This document shows positions 11,208 to 22,486 of a stretch of 64,000 nt of DNA, piece by piece. The stretch spans positions 1 to 64,000 of IMG/VR virus record IMGVR_UViG_3300049043_000117. One strand, written 5' to 3'. The position numbers and the translations under genes are program-made. Position 1 is the first letter of the stretch. Each line of letters starts with the position of its first letter. The notes beneath the pieces are model-generated. The model was given only the letters and a program-made list of their open reading frames with translations. It did not search any database and had not been told where the DNA came from. Source of the stretch: a virus.

Positions 11208-12205
11208 ATATTTTTACATCCGACTACACCTTTCAACTTTTGAAAAAACTTCATTATTCCATCGTTTTTGTATATTTTGATCAAAATACCAATCTTCTGT
11301 AACAGGATGGAACTTCAAAAGATCATTATTTATTAACAATATGTCCAAGGTAATATCTACCCAATGACCTAAGATCATTTCAAATTTTCTATGGGAATTA
11401 ACTCCTGAGTTTCTTGATCTAAAGTCTCATACCAATTGATAAAAATCCAATTCTCTTACTTTTTGTATAATAGTGATTTTGTATTGAAAACAAAGCCACA
11501 CTTCAGAACTATATCATTTTTTGAACTTTTACTTGTTTATTTGATAATAACTCTAGTGTCATTATCACATGCAAGTAGATACATAATCTTTACCTAAAGT
11601 ATTGTATCCAAGATAAAGTTGACCCCAGGAGAAATCTGTCACTTAAAAATAATTTATCCTACTTCTTCTAATTTTTCACCAGGATATGGAGGATAAACGG
11701 TAACTAGCAGCACCATATTGTGGAAATACTTACCTCAGTTGTTTCCATCGCAACTTCTGATACATGAATATATGCATTTAAATTGCAACCAACGACGATG
11801 AATTATTTTTCCTAAGATGTAACGAATTTTGATTGGCTCCATAGTGTTCAAACTCTTTCATGTAAACTCATTAAGTATTTTTCGGCTCACTTGGATCTTT
11901 TCAGTTTATCTAAAGGTAAAACACACTATACTTTATATGTATCATTAATTACTTCAATTAGTGAATTTAATTTTTCAACCAATTCATCTATATGTAAATG
12001 ATTTTTATTTGATATATTAAGATCGAGATATGATCCTCCCTAATTTTCGTTGATGTTTTAATCGACATTAATCCACTTTTCTCTCAGACTATTTGGTTGC
12101 AACAAATAGGTCTAGTCCAAGCAATTTTCCATCGTCCAATCTAAAAGTAAATTTTACTAATTTATTTTTTCAAAAAAATTCATTAAAAATAAACTCCAAG
12201 TCATA
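11200..12205 (-). CDS. Hypothetical phage protein, heavily frameshifted
   Basis: Fragments LVEKLNSLIEVIN, EFEHYG, WLQ-NAYIHVSE, DFSWGQLYLGYNTLGKDY. Confidence 0.5.
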
Positions 12206-12224
12206 ATATAATTTATCTAACAAA

Positions 12225-13572
12225 TCAGTCTCTTACCGAGTGCATCATTTCTTGGCTGCATATTTGTCTGCACGACGTTTTGCAACTGTTTGTTCTGGAG
12301 ATTCTCTTTCGGAACCATACTCTCCAGCAGTAGGTGGTTTTTTACCATGGTTCTTTCTCTGTCGTTGAATACCTACCAGGACCATTCTACCTTGCACCTA
12401 TGACTTTATGCATGTGTCTCATTACCTTCGAATCAAGATCATCACCACCCATGGTTCCACCTTTCGTTACCTTCTTACCAGTCTTATAATCTTTACCATG
12501 TTTCCTTTTCAAAACGATTAAGTTCCATAATATCTTCAAACCAAGATTCACTCATATTGAGAATGATTTTGTCTGCAGGCTTGTTCAGTTGATGCAAATC
12601 CTTCATCAAGGAGATATTCAAAAACTACTTCATAAGCATTAAAACTTTCTGCACTTACACCAGTTTTCTTTTGTCTTTCTACCTTTTTACCTTTTGGTTT
12701 TCCATCCAGGGTCACTTGGACCAGCCATCTCCATCTGGATCATATCCAGTATGACCATATTCAGATTGACCACTTGAAGATAATCTCTATCACTTTGGGT
12801 CATTCCCTTCCACTTTCACCACTTCTCTGATAAGTCCAAGAAGGTTTGGTTGATTTCTTCCTCTGTTTCCAGCATCAGTTGTTCTAGATGTTCTCTCGAA
12901 ATGTCTTTCAGCATCTGATACTGCTTTCGTTTTATCACCTCTCTTTGGATACTCACTTGCAGGTTTCATTCTCCTTTCATTGCCAAGTTTTGCATATGAC
13001 AGAAGTTGCCTTTGGAGTTTGTCCATAAGAACCTTCCAGCTTCGCCAATATATTCTTCTTTCCTCATTGCATTTATCATAGCACGATTTACGATTCACTT
13101 TGCCTCAACAATACTCTCTCTCCACTCTTCACTCATATTTACCATAATGACTTCTGCTGTTTCTGGTGTTTCAGCATATCCTTCATCAAGTAAATGTGAA
13201 AGGATGATGTCGTAAATATCTACTTGTTCTTTTTGAGTTCCTCTTACTATTATTTCTTGCTGATTTTCTTGTGCCTTTGTGAGGAGAGTGCCTAAGTCTT
13301 GTTTTGGAATTTTAAGTGCTCTACTTTCCAGATTTTTGTCCTTTATGCATCAACTTAGTAGTACTATCATCAAAACTAACAGTATTATTTCCATCGATCA
13401 GAACATGTCTCCTGTTCAGATAGCTCCAAGGACTCCTGCTCTTCCTGCGTGTTTAAGAGCTGCCTCGTTCATCTTATTTTTTGGTAAGTCTTTATAACCT
13501 TCATCAAGTTCCTGATTTTCAACAACTTCCATATATAGCTTCTTGAAGATTGCGAAGTTCTTGTGCGTCCAT
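12225..13572 (-). CDS. Late modular protein with two LLDEG(Y/F)A...NMSE(E/S)W repeats; putative internal virion protein
   Basis: Starts MDAQELRNLQEA...QELDEGYK. Repeats YDIILSHLLDEGYAETPETAEVIMVNMSEEWRESIVE and YEVVFEYLLDEGFASTEQ-ADKIILNMSESWFEDIME. TATAAATA upstream. Confidence 0.7.
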
Positions 13573-13591
13573 TTTACAAATACTTTTTAAG

Positions 13592-13599
13592 TATTTATA
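13592..13599 (-). promoter_or_regulatory. T4-type (gp55) late promoter
   Basis: TATAAATA about 20 nt before the ATG at 13572. Confidence 0.75.
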
Positions 13600-13621
13600 A
13601 AAAGGAGGGTCTCCCCTCCTT
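13598..13621 (-). terminator. Rho-independent terminator after the CobT-like gene
   Basis: Minus strand aaggagg-ggagac-cctcctt-ttt. Confidence 0.75.
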
Positions 13622-15835
13622 ATGCAACGAGTTCAATAAACTCTCCAAGAACTTTCTTGTTCATCTTTTTACTCTTCAGTGACTTAGCAAACGCAGATCG
13701 GATCTGAGTTTTACTTGCATCATCGGAAACTTCAAACTCTGCATCAGTGGAAAGTGCAGAACCAGAAAGTCCAAAGTATACATGATATCCAGATTTCTTG
13801 ATTGCAAAGGATTTGTTCTTGCGCCAATCATCCATGAGTTGATTGTACTCTTTGTTCTGTTGATAACGACCAGTAGAGTAATCTGCAGTGTCGTAATAAC
13901 GACGAATGAAGTTTCCTGCATCCCGACCTTCAAGAACACGAATGCCAATAAAGTTCACATCAGTAAACTTATCTCGCAGATGACGCAGGAGAACATCAGT
14001 GAACGCAGTAAACTCACCATCAAGTTTGTAAGTGCAACCCAGTTTACGATCACGAAGAATGGTATTGTTTCCAACCGCATTCAATCCAATATACACTTCT
14101 TCAGTGTCATAGTTAAAACGACCTTTGAATTCTTTATGGAACTTCAGAGGTGCAGCTTCACCATCAGTCAGAACCACACACTGAACTTTCTGGAGTTTGT
14201 TCTCCCGTTGGAACTGGGGAAGAATCTGATGAAGAGTGATCAGTGCCTCGTTCAAAGGAGTACCCGAGAGAGACAGACGAGAGGGATGAGTGTATTCAGG
14301 GGCATTGGTATAAGAATACTTAAACTCTTTCGCTAACCTGAAAATGTTAATCATCTGTTCCTCAAGAACACGATTGTTGACTTTACTGGTAAACAGGTTC
14401 ATCAAAGCAAAATCTTCTTCAATATGAAGGAATCCATGTTTTTTCTCATAGTGAGGAGTCAGAGGTTTTTGGCGATGGTTTTCATCATACTCATAACGAC
14501 GCCACTCATTAGTGAAAGCATAAACCTCAAAAGGAATCGTAACTTTCTTACAGAACCACATCAGGTTGAAGAGTTGTTTGAGAGTATCCAACATCACATT
14601 GAGTCATTGAACCAGACCAGTCAAGAACAAACACCAGACCATGATTCTTACCATTTGCAAGAGTCGTTACCTTACGGAAAAGATCTTCATTGTACTTATA
14701 TGAGTGAAGTTTAGAACAATCCAACACACCAGTACGAGCTCGTGGTCGCACGAGCATAAGAGTCCGCCAGCTTTTTGCATTCAAATTCTTTAACCAGATA
14801 GTTGACTTCTTTTTGTGCAGAACGCTTAAACTCACGATACTCTTTATCTACCATACCAAAGAGATGTTCTTTAGGATTGGGGTATTCCAGATATTCAAGT
14901 TTTTGAATCGTCGCATTCCACCAGTCATTAATATCTTTATGAACCTCAGAGTTTGATGCAATGATCGTATTAAGATTCAGTTTGGGAAGTTCCAAGTAGA
15001 TATTTTCATACCCATTATTACTCACAAGATCCCGAATCGCTTCCTCAAGATTATCAGCGGTTTTGACCTCAGGTTCTGCAGATTCTCCACCAAGATTTGA
15101 ACTAGCGTTAGTGGGTTTATCGGACTTGTCTTCCGATTGACCATCAGAGGACGCCTGGCCACCCTCTCCAGAAATCTCTAGGTCATTCTCCTGAGAAGGA
15201 ATTGATTCCTCTTGAGTGGTCTCAGAACCACTACCAGGAGCGGATTGGGCATCATCAAACGATTCAATCTTGGTTTCTTCTTTCTGACTCCTCTTGCAAT
15301 ACTCATAGAGTTTGACTGCGACTGCAATCGCATCATCAAAAGTTTCTGCATCTGCGATCATGTTGATGATCTCCATCTCCTCACCCCGTTCAATGGGGAT
15401 CTGAGTGAATCCACCGATCTTGAACCACAGGTTAGCTGGGTCAGCAAGATTGTAGGTAGAGAGATCATCATCCTTGATCTGGAAAAAATCATCCTCATGC
15501 AGTTCCTTATAACCCGCAAAGAAAGACTTGTTCAAACCTGCATAACGACGCTTCATCATCTTCTCAATACGAGCGTCTTCCGTCACATTCACAAATTGCT
15601 GAGGAATGGTGAACTTCTTACTCCAATCCTCATTAGGAGTGTAGAGAGCGTGACCCACCTCATGACCAACCAACATGTCGTACACTGCATTGGAAGCCTT
15701 CTCCCACATGGGAAGAGTCAACACTCGGGTATCCACATTGAAACATGCGGTCGGCACATGTTTGTGTTCCACCACAAGGTCTTCAGTTGCGAGAAGACGA
15801 GCAAGTTGACCTTTGACTTCGTGATTAACAGGCAT
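13620..15835 (-). CDS. CobT-like protein: N-terminal HEXXH metallopeptidase-like domain, acidic linker, C-terminal VWA domain
   Basis: GHEVGHALYTP, NVTEDARIEK, MIDAS-like FVLDWSGSM, SGTPLNEA, VVLTDGE. Confidence 0.85.
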
Positions 15836-16006
15836 GAGTTTTGTTTCGTATGCAGCCATAATACGACGAAACCGCCCATTGGAGCGGTTCATGTGACGCT
15901 TTTTGAACTCGGACCAGTGCGTGCTTTCGCCTGACGCAGTGCTCTGCGGTTTAAGTTTTCTTTTCTGGGGTTTTCCAGAATTGTGTTGCCAGTTTGGAGT
16001 GTTCAT
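15836..16006 (-). CDS. Small basic conserved ORF overlapping a promoter element
   Basis: MNTPNWQHNSGKPQKRKLKPQ...FKKRHM; start overlaps the gp46 stop. Confidence 0.5.
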
Positions 16007-17720
16007 GACACGAGTTTACTGAATCCTTTTACTTTATCAAATTTCATCACCTTGTCAAATTTATCCATGAGGTCGTCAGTCTTATGTGAGATTACGAACA
16101 CATGAGCGTCCTGAATGACATATCGGATAATATTTGTGAAGAAATCTGTCCCTGCACCATCCAAAGAACTATCAAAGATTTCATCTAAGATGAGAAGATT
16201 TGTACTGACGAATTCCTGAGTTTGGCAATGTCCCGCCAGGTAAACAAAAGAGAAAGGTCAATACGCATCTTCTCACCTTCACTAAATGATTCATAACTAA
16301 AATCTTCGTGAACTGGTGATTTAATAACCTCCTTAAACTCTTCATCCAGAGTGAAGTTGATGTAGAAGTCCATCATCTGCAAATATTTGTTTATCTGCTG
16401 ATTCATGAGAGGCAGATACTTTTTGATGATTTTAGACTTCACACCACCATCTTTCATCAATGAATGAGCGAACTCGTAATAATTAACTTGTTCCTTTTCT
16501 TTAGATCTTTCGTTTTCTATTGTGTCAAGATCTGTTATTAAGTTTTCAAGGGCTTTGCGTTCAGAATTTCTGTTTTGAACTTGTTCGGCAATTTCTTGAA
16601 TTTCGTTTCGTAGATTTCTGATTTGTTTGTTAAGTCCAGTAATTTTAACATTGTTGTGGGAAATGTCATTGTTGAGTCTGTTAATCTCCGTAGAATAAGA
16701 TAAAAATTGTTTGTCTTTTTCCTGTTCTACATTGATTGCATCCTCCAACTCTTGGTATCCGTCATTGAGTTCTTTGGATTTCTCCTCAATATCTACAATC
16801 TTATTTAAGCGAAATTCGTTTTCAATACTCTGTGTACATGTAGGGCAAACCGTATTTTCCTGAAAAAACTTATGTTCAGATACCAGTGTTTGGATCTTTT
16901 GTTCTAATTTGTACTTGATTTGATTCAGTTTTTTAAGAGTTGAATTTGTATTAGTAAGTTCTTCCAACTTTGGTTGAAGATCTTTTTCAATCATTACCAA
17001 AGTAGCTTCATTATCAGTAGTTAATTCGTCAATTTCATTCTCAATCGTTTGAATATTTTCTTCTTTTCTCTTAATACGATCTTTCCCACTCTTGTCAAGA
17101 TCTTTGATAAAGTTCTCTTGCATCTCAATTTTATCTTCAATCATTTCTTTCTTGATTGAATACTCACGAATGAGTTCATTAGTACGACGCATTCTTTCTT
17201 TAAGAAGATTATTCATCGTAGAAAAGATCTTAATATCCAAAAGATCCTCTACAATCTCTCTACGATTTGAAGAGGTCAACTGCATAAATGGAACAAAAGT
17301 TGCAGATCCGAGAATGACTGTCTGAGTGAAAGACTTGTAGTTAAGTTTTAGAATACCCTCCTCAAGTTTCTTTTGTTGATCTTCGACTGCAGAGTCTTGA
17401 TCCTGAACTTTCCCATCAATCCAGATCTCAAAGATATTTGGTTTAATTCCTCGGATAACCTTATATTCTTTATTTCCAATTGCAAATTCAATCTCCACAA
17501 CACAATCTTTCTCATTCACAGAGTTGATGAGTTGCGGTTTATTGATCTTACGGAATGGTTTGTTATACAAAACAAAAGTAAGAGCATCCAATATGGTACT
17601 CTTACCAGAACCATTCGTTCCGACAATCAAATTTGTTTGAGCGTCTTGAAAATTTACTTCAGTAAATTGATTCCCAGTGGAAAGAAAGTTACGCCATTTA
17701 ATCGTTTTGAATAAAATCAT
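16003..17720 (-). CDS. gp46: Recombination endonuclease ATPase subunit (Rad50/SbcC-like)
   Basis: WRNFLSTGN, GTNGSGKSTILDAL, CPTC zinc hook, FSEGEKMRIDL, DEIFDSSLD, VISH. Confidence 0.95.
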
Positions 17721-17973
17721 ATTTTCTAGGTGGAATCACAAAATCATCAGGTGATATAATCGCGTATCTGTAATTATACTCGTGACAAGTCTTTATTGCA
17801 AGTTGTGGATCAACTTCTACAACTTCCATTTCAGGATAATCATCAGCTCTAAAAGAACCAGCAAATCTTTCTGCGTCATCTTCATCCTGAAAAAAGTACA
17901 GAGTTTTATCGCATAATCATCCAGCCGCAGCGTATGCACCGTCTTCGTCTCCATATGGCGTGATCATGTACAT
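17698..17973 (-). CDS. Conserved small acidic protein between gp47 and gp46
   Basis: MYMITPYGDEDGAYA...LYFFQDEDDAERFAG...YPEMEVVEV...DDFVIPP. Confidence 0.75.
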
Positions 17974-17974
17974 A

Positions 17975-19023
17975 TTATTCTATTTCGCAGGCTTCTTGAT
18001 AGACCTCTCGTAAAAGGGTTTTGACTTTTTCTTTATCCAAGTCAAAATCAGAGTCCTCAACATATTTATTTAAAATAGTGATCGTATCCTCAATTTTCTC
18101 TTGATCAAAATCAACATCATCGTCATTAACTTCAAAGTTCTCAACGATTTTAATGTCAACCACTCCAGTTTTATAGATCTTATCTACAAATTTTTCAAAA
18201 AGAAGTTGATCTGATTTTTTACGAACAATGATCTTTACAATCTTGTCTTTACAGGAAGTTGTGTTGAACAACTTTGGATTTTGATCCTCATAATAGATTC
18301 TCTCAAACATATTATAAGGATTTTGAACAAACTCTAATTCAAATGTTTCCGTATCAAAAAAGTTGAATCCTCTCTTATCGTCCACATCGTTCCAATAAAG
18401 TTGGTAAGGATTTCCAAGATAGAAGATCTTTCCATTATTGGAACGAGTGTGATAATGACCCGAACAAACGATTCGGAAATTATCAAAGACACTTGACTTC
18501 CATTCCATGTTGTTGAACATTTCCTGGATATACACTAAACCCGTTTAACTCAAGATGTCCAAATGCAGCTTTTGCCTTTGTCTTTGAAAGTTTCTCAAGA
18601 GTTTCTTCACGATTCTCAGGAGAAATCCAAGGAATCATAAAGGTTTTTAAGTCCTGCAACTTCATACTCCCCAGGACTAGAAATAGGAACAATGTTGTCA
18701 TACTCTTTTAACAGGGACTCAATAGAGTTGACTTCATTTGTGTTTTTATAATATGCATCATGATTACCAACAATCTGATACACTTGAATTCCTAGATCCC
18801 GAAAACGATCATAAACATTTTCTTTTGCCCAATTTACAGCCCAGAAATCTACACTTTTGCGATTATCAAATGCATCACCCAAATGAATGCAGTGTTTGAT
18901 CTTGCGTTTTTCCAATTCAGGAAAGAACACATCCTCATAAAACTTTTTAAAATAATCATGAAAGGTTTTACTACCTTTTCTGGCACCGTAATGGCTATCA
19001 GTTATACAAGCAATTAATGTCAT
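17975..19023 (-). CDS. gp47: Recombination endonuclease nuclease subunit (Mre11/SbcD-like)
   Basis: ITDSHYG, HLGDAFDNRK, VGNHD, GHLELNGF, SGHYH, YLGNPY. Confidence 0.95.
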
Positions 19024-19500
19024 TGATACATTTTTGTTTGAATAGAATCTTTAATACTATTATAGTCGGAAGCATTCCAGGTAGTCATCATCAACGGTAA
19101 ATACTTCATCATATCCTGACCTTTCAATAATCTTAGAACGGATTTCCATCTGTTTCTTCTCTTTTTGGATTCTTCTCAGAAATGCGTAGTGAATAATTTG
19201 AGTGAAGTAAGCAAATGGATTTGAAGATTTTTCTGGATTAAAATTATGAATATACTGAACACAATTTTCAATACCATCGCAAATCATGTCTTCACGGAAC
19301 ATGTAGTTTACGAAGTTTGGTTTATAAGACAAGTGCGTGGCAATCTTCAGGAAACACTCACCAAGATAATTCGTAATACGAGGTTTTGGATCTCCGTTTT
19401 CCGCAGCTACTTTAATTTTTCTTTTGTACTCACATATAGCTTCTAAAAATTCTTTGTTGTTTACATAATGTTCTGATCTTTTTCTTTTTGGTGCCTGCAT
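19020..19500 (-). CDS. gp55: Late-transcription sigma factor
   Basis: EHYVNNKEFL, YLGECFLKIATHLSYKPNFVNY, EDMICDGIENC, NPFAYFTQI. Confidence 0.95.
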
Positions 19501-19532
19501 TTCATGAGTCCCTATTTGTATTAATTGTTCTT

Positions 19533-19583
19533 ATTATAACATTACAATCAATTGTTGACAAGACCCCGCAATATCTTTATAAT
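19533..19583. promoter_or_regulatory. Back-to-back sigma70 promoters with overlapping -35 boxes
   Basis: Plus: TTGACA (19555-60), 17 bp, TATAAT (19578-83). Minus: TTGTCA (19561-56), 17 bp, TATAAT (19538-33), pointing to gp55. Confidence 0.75.
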
Positions 19584-19604
19584 AACTCTGTGGAGTTTCA
19601 AAGA

Positions 19605-20011
19605 CTAGGATTCTTTAATATCCTGGCCTTTATAAAGTTTTTCTAATCTTTTTCTTGCTTCAGACACTGAAGAAAGGTATCCCATTTCTGGAGTCAAAGA
19701 ATTTTTTGAGTTTTTAATTTCTCTTTGTTTTATAAATTTATGATACATTTCAATGGTATCAGAATCACGAACTTCACTAATCGTCATAACCTTTTCCATA
19801 TCAAGCAAAAACGTATCATCATCGGCAAATTTAAGTTAAGAAGATCTATTTTGTATCCTTGCATTCCAATTTGTTTCATGACAACAACTTCTATTACAAC
19901 AGGATTGTTCAATATTAACATTGTTCTTCCCTCTTCTTCTGAGGGACATACAACGGAAAATATTTCTTCTCCTGATATTAATTTAATAACTGCATAAAAA
20001 TCTTCTTCCAT
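19605..20011 (-). CDS. Conserved hypothetical protein between uvsW and gp55
   Basis: MEEDFYAVIKLISGEEIF...MGYLSSVSEARKRLEKLY. Confidence 0.8.
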
Positions 20012-21474
20012 TATTCTTTTAAATTAACTTGAACAAATTCGTAGTTGAAATTCTCTTCATTATAAATTTTGACTCTTTCTATTAAGTGATTTAGTGTATA
20101 ATTCTTTTTTGAGTTTTTAGTACAATCATCAGCAATATCATAAAGTACGGCTTGAGTTTTATTGTCACCTTTTCTGAGTACTCTTCCGATTGATTGTAAA
20201 TTTCTGATTCTAGATTTACTTGGCGAAGCAAAGATTACATTGTGTAGATTTTTAATATTGATTCCTGTACTAAATGTTCCGTATGAGGCTACGATGATTG
20301 CGTTGTTTTCTTTTTCCGTGATTTCTCGGACTAGTTCCCTTTCTTCTGCGTCTACTCCACCATGCACATAAAAAACTTTTCTTCCATCCTTAGCAGAACT
20401 ATTTATTGATTCGTAAAGAGGTTGACCATGAGTTTCAACTCTAGAGAAAAGAATAAGAGTATTTCCTTTTAGATCCAGTGCAAGATTTTTAATAAAGTTA
20501 TTTCGTTTTGGATGTCCAATAATGAATTGAACTTCATCTTCAAAGTTTTCAAATTGTTGTGGATTATGTTTAAGAATAATAATCTTGATTTGAAGTTTAG
20601 AAAGATGTCCTTTATCAATTAACTCTTTGGTTTGAGTGACTTTGTAAGATGGGCCAAACCAGCCCTCTAATACCCATTTATGCGTTTGAGTTCCATCAAG
20701 AGTACCCGTAAAACCGAACCTATATTTTGTATTATCCATCTTAGTCATGATTCCGACTAATGATTTGGATTTAAATTGATGAGCTTCATCTCCAATGACT
20801 ACATCAAATGCATCATAAAACCCTCTGGTCAGTTTGTAGATTGACTGCCAGGTAGTGATGACTACGGGAAACTCATTTGTCTTCTCACGACCACTATAAA
20901 TGCGATGGCAGAAGTCTTCAGCGTTCCATCCATAATCTTGAAAGTCCTTAAACATTTGTTCAACCAGAGATGTTGTAGGTACAACGAGAAGAATCTTTTG
21001 ATCTCTTTCTGCAAAGTATCTTACAATAGAGTAAATCATCAATGACTTACCAGATGCAGTTGGTGAAATTAGAAGTTTACGATTGTATCTGAGTGCATCA
21101 TAAACTGCATCAACCTGATAATCTCTCGGTTTATGTTTTGAGATACGAGTCATATAATCTTTGACTCCTTCATAAGAGATCATTTCATTCTCTTCAAGAG
21201 GAGTTCCATAGAACTTATTGTTTTTAAACTCTACTTGATAATCCCACTTTTTAGCCCAAGATACTACCTTGTCCAGAAGACCGACATAAATCTCTCCAGT
21301 ATGAGTTGAGAAAAGACGAATTTTTCCATCCCAATACTTACTTTTGTACTGGGGCATAAACTTTGCTCCAGGTACATCAAAGGTAAAGTGTTCCGAGAGT
21401 TCCTGATAGATGTGGGGTTCTGCTTCTATTTTTAGGAATACTTCGTTCTTTTTTGAAATTGTAATATCAGTCAT
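20011..21474 (-). CDS. uvsW: RNA-DNA/DNA-DNA helicase
   Basis: WDGKIRLF, PRDYQ, SPTASGKS, DEAH, GFTGT, STGINIKNLH, QSIGR. Confidence 0.96.
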   Translation of the reverse strand: MTDITISKKNEVFLKIEAEPHIYQELSEHFTFDVPGAKFMPQYKSKYWDGKIRLFSTHTGEIYVGLLDKVVSWAKKWDYQVEFKNNKFYGTPLEENEMISYEGVKDYMTRISKHKPRDYQVDAVYDALRYNRKLLISPTASGKSLMIYSIVRYFAERDQKILLVVPTTSLVEQMFKDFQDYGWNAEDFCHRIYSGREKTNEFPVVITTWQSIYKLTRGFYDAFDVVIGDEAHQFKSKSLVGIMTKMDNTKYRFGFTGTLDGTQTHKWVLEGWFGPSYKVTQTKELIDKGHLSKLQIKIIILKHNPQQFENFEDEVQFIIGHPKRNNFIKNLALDLKGNTLILFSRVETHGQPLYESINSSAKDGRKVFYVHGGVDAEERELVREITEKENNAIIVASYGTFSTGINIKNLHNVIFASPSKSRIRNLQSIGRVLRKGDNKTQAVLYDIADDCTKNSKKNYTLNHLIERVKIYNEENFNYEFVQVNLKE

Positions 21475-21892
21475 ATCCTCTAATAAATTTTTGCCATTCA
21501 ATGGCATTTTTCAACTGGTATGTTCTATTTAATATAGTTTTAAGAATGCTCTCCAGATAGTTCAACATCATCTGGTAGTATTCAATCTTGGTCTGACACT
21601 TGATCAAATCCTCATCAGCATCCATGTACTTATCCAAATCCAGCTAAGTACCTTATGATCAAATGGCTTTTCAATATAAACATCTGGTTCAGCTCTTCCA
21701 GTGTAATATTGCCACTTTTCTTTTTTAAAATCTTATATTTGTTTTCCTGAGCTTCTTGAGAGTCAGGATATTGTTGAAGATCTTATAGTATTTTGCATGA
21801 AGACTTGGAATCTTTACAGATTCTGTATGCAAGTTGTCTTCATCAATTTTCGAGTCTTCTTCCCAAAGTTTTTGAATTTCATCCAGGTTCAT
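21467..21892 (-). CDS. uvsY: Recombination mediator
   Basis: WEEDSKIDEDNLHTESVKIPSLHAKYY, WQYYTGRAEP, YMDADED, NRTYQLKNAIEWQKF. Confidence 0.9.
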
Positions 21893-22417
21893 AAGGATAG
21901 ATTTTATAAAGAACATACTTAAAGGTTACTGTAGCCACTGCATATTGCACATCTTGCAAAGTAGCATCGAATTCAATATCAGATAGAGATGTTGGAAACA
22001 TTCCCTGAAATTTTACAAGTGTTGATGGTTGAAAATTACTATTGTAAATTAGTAGAGTTCCGTCAGAAACATTAGGATCTTGATTTGGATTTACTGGGTC
22101 ACTTTTCATCCATTCCATGTACTCATATACACTTTCTGGATATCCTAAACCTCTCATCCAACTTTGGATAATATTGTAATTTTCTAGATTTTCATCAATA
22201 TTGAAAGTGAGTCTAAAATCATCAAAAACAAGTTTATCTCCTGGAATGGGAATGTCCTTTAAATATGTTGGTTGAATTGCAACTCCCAAATTGATTCCAG
22301 GAACATTTGCTGATTTTGAAAAGAAATCTACCTTTGATGCTCGCTAAGATTAAACTTGAATCCTAGAGGACTGAGAAAATTTCTATTTGTAATTTGTTTA
22401 TCAAAAGCACTAGACAT
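21879..22417 (-). CDS. gp3: Tail tube terminator/completion protein
   Basis: NRNFLSPLGFKF, ANVPGINLG, IPIPGDKL, DENLENY, FPTSLSDIEFD. Confidence 0.88.
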
Positions 22418-22441
22418 TGTTTTTACTTTTATTTATCCCAT

Positions 22442-22466
22442 AAAAAAGAGGGTCCGAAGACCCTCT
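22442..22466 (-). terminator. Rho-independent terminator after gp23
   Basis: Minus strand agagggtc-ttcg-gaccctct-ttttt with a cUUCGg tetraloop. Confidence 0.9.
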
Positions 22467-22486
22467 CGATTGAGTCGTGAAATGAA

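Noticed and set aside
8024-17714. Long plus-strand ORFs (8024-8698, 13782-14336, 15212-15934, 17373-17714)
   Set aside because: They are antisense shadows of well-supported minus-strand genes and carry no recognisable motifs.
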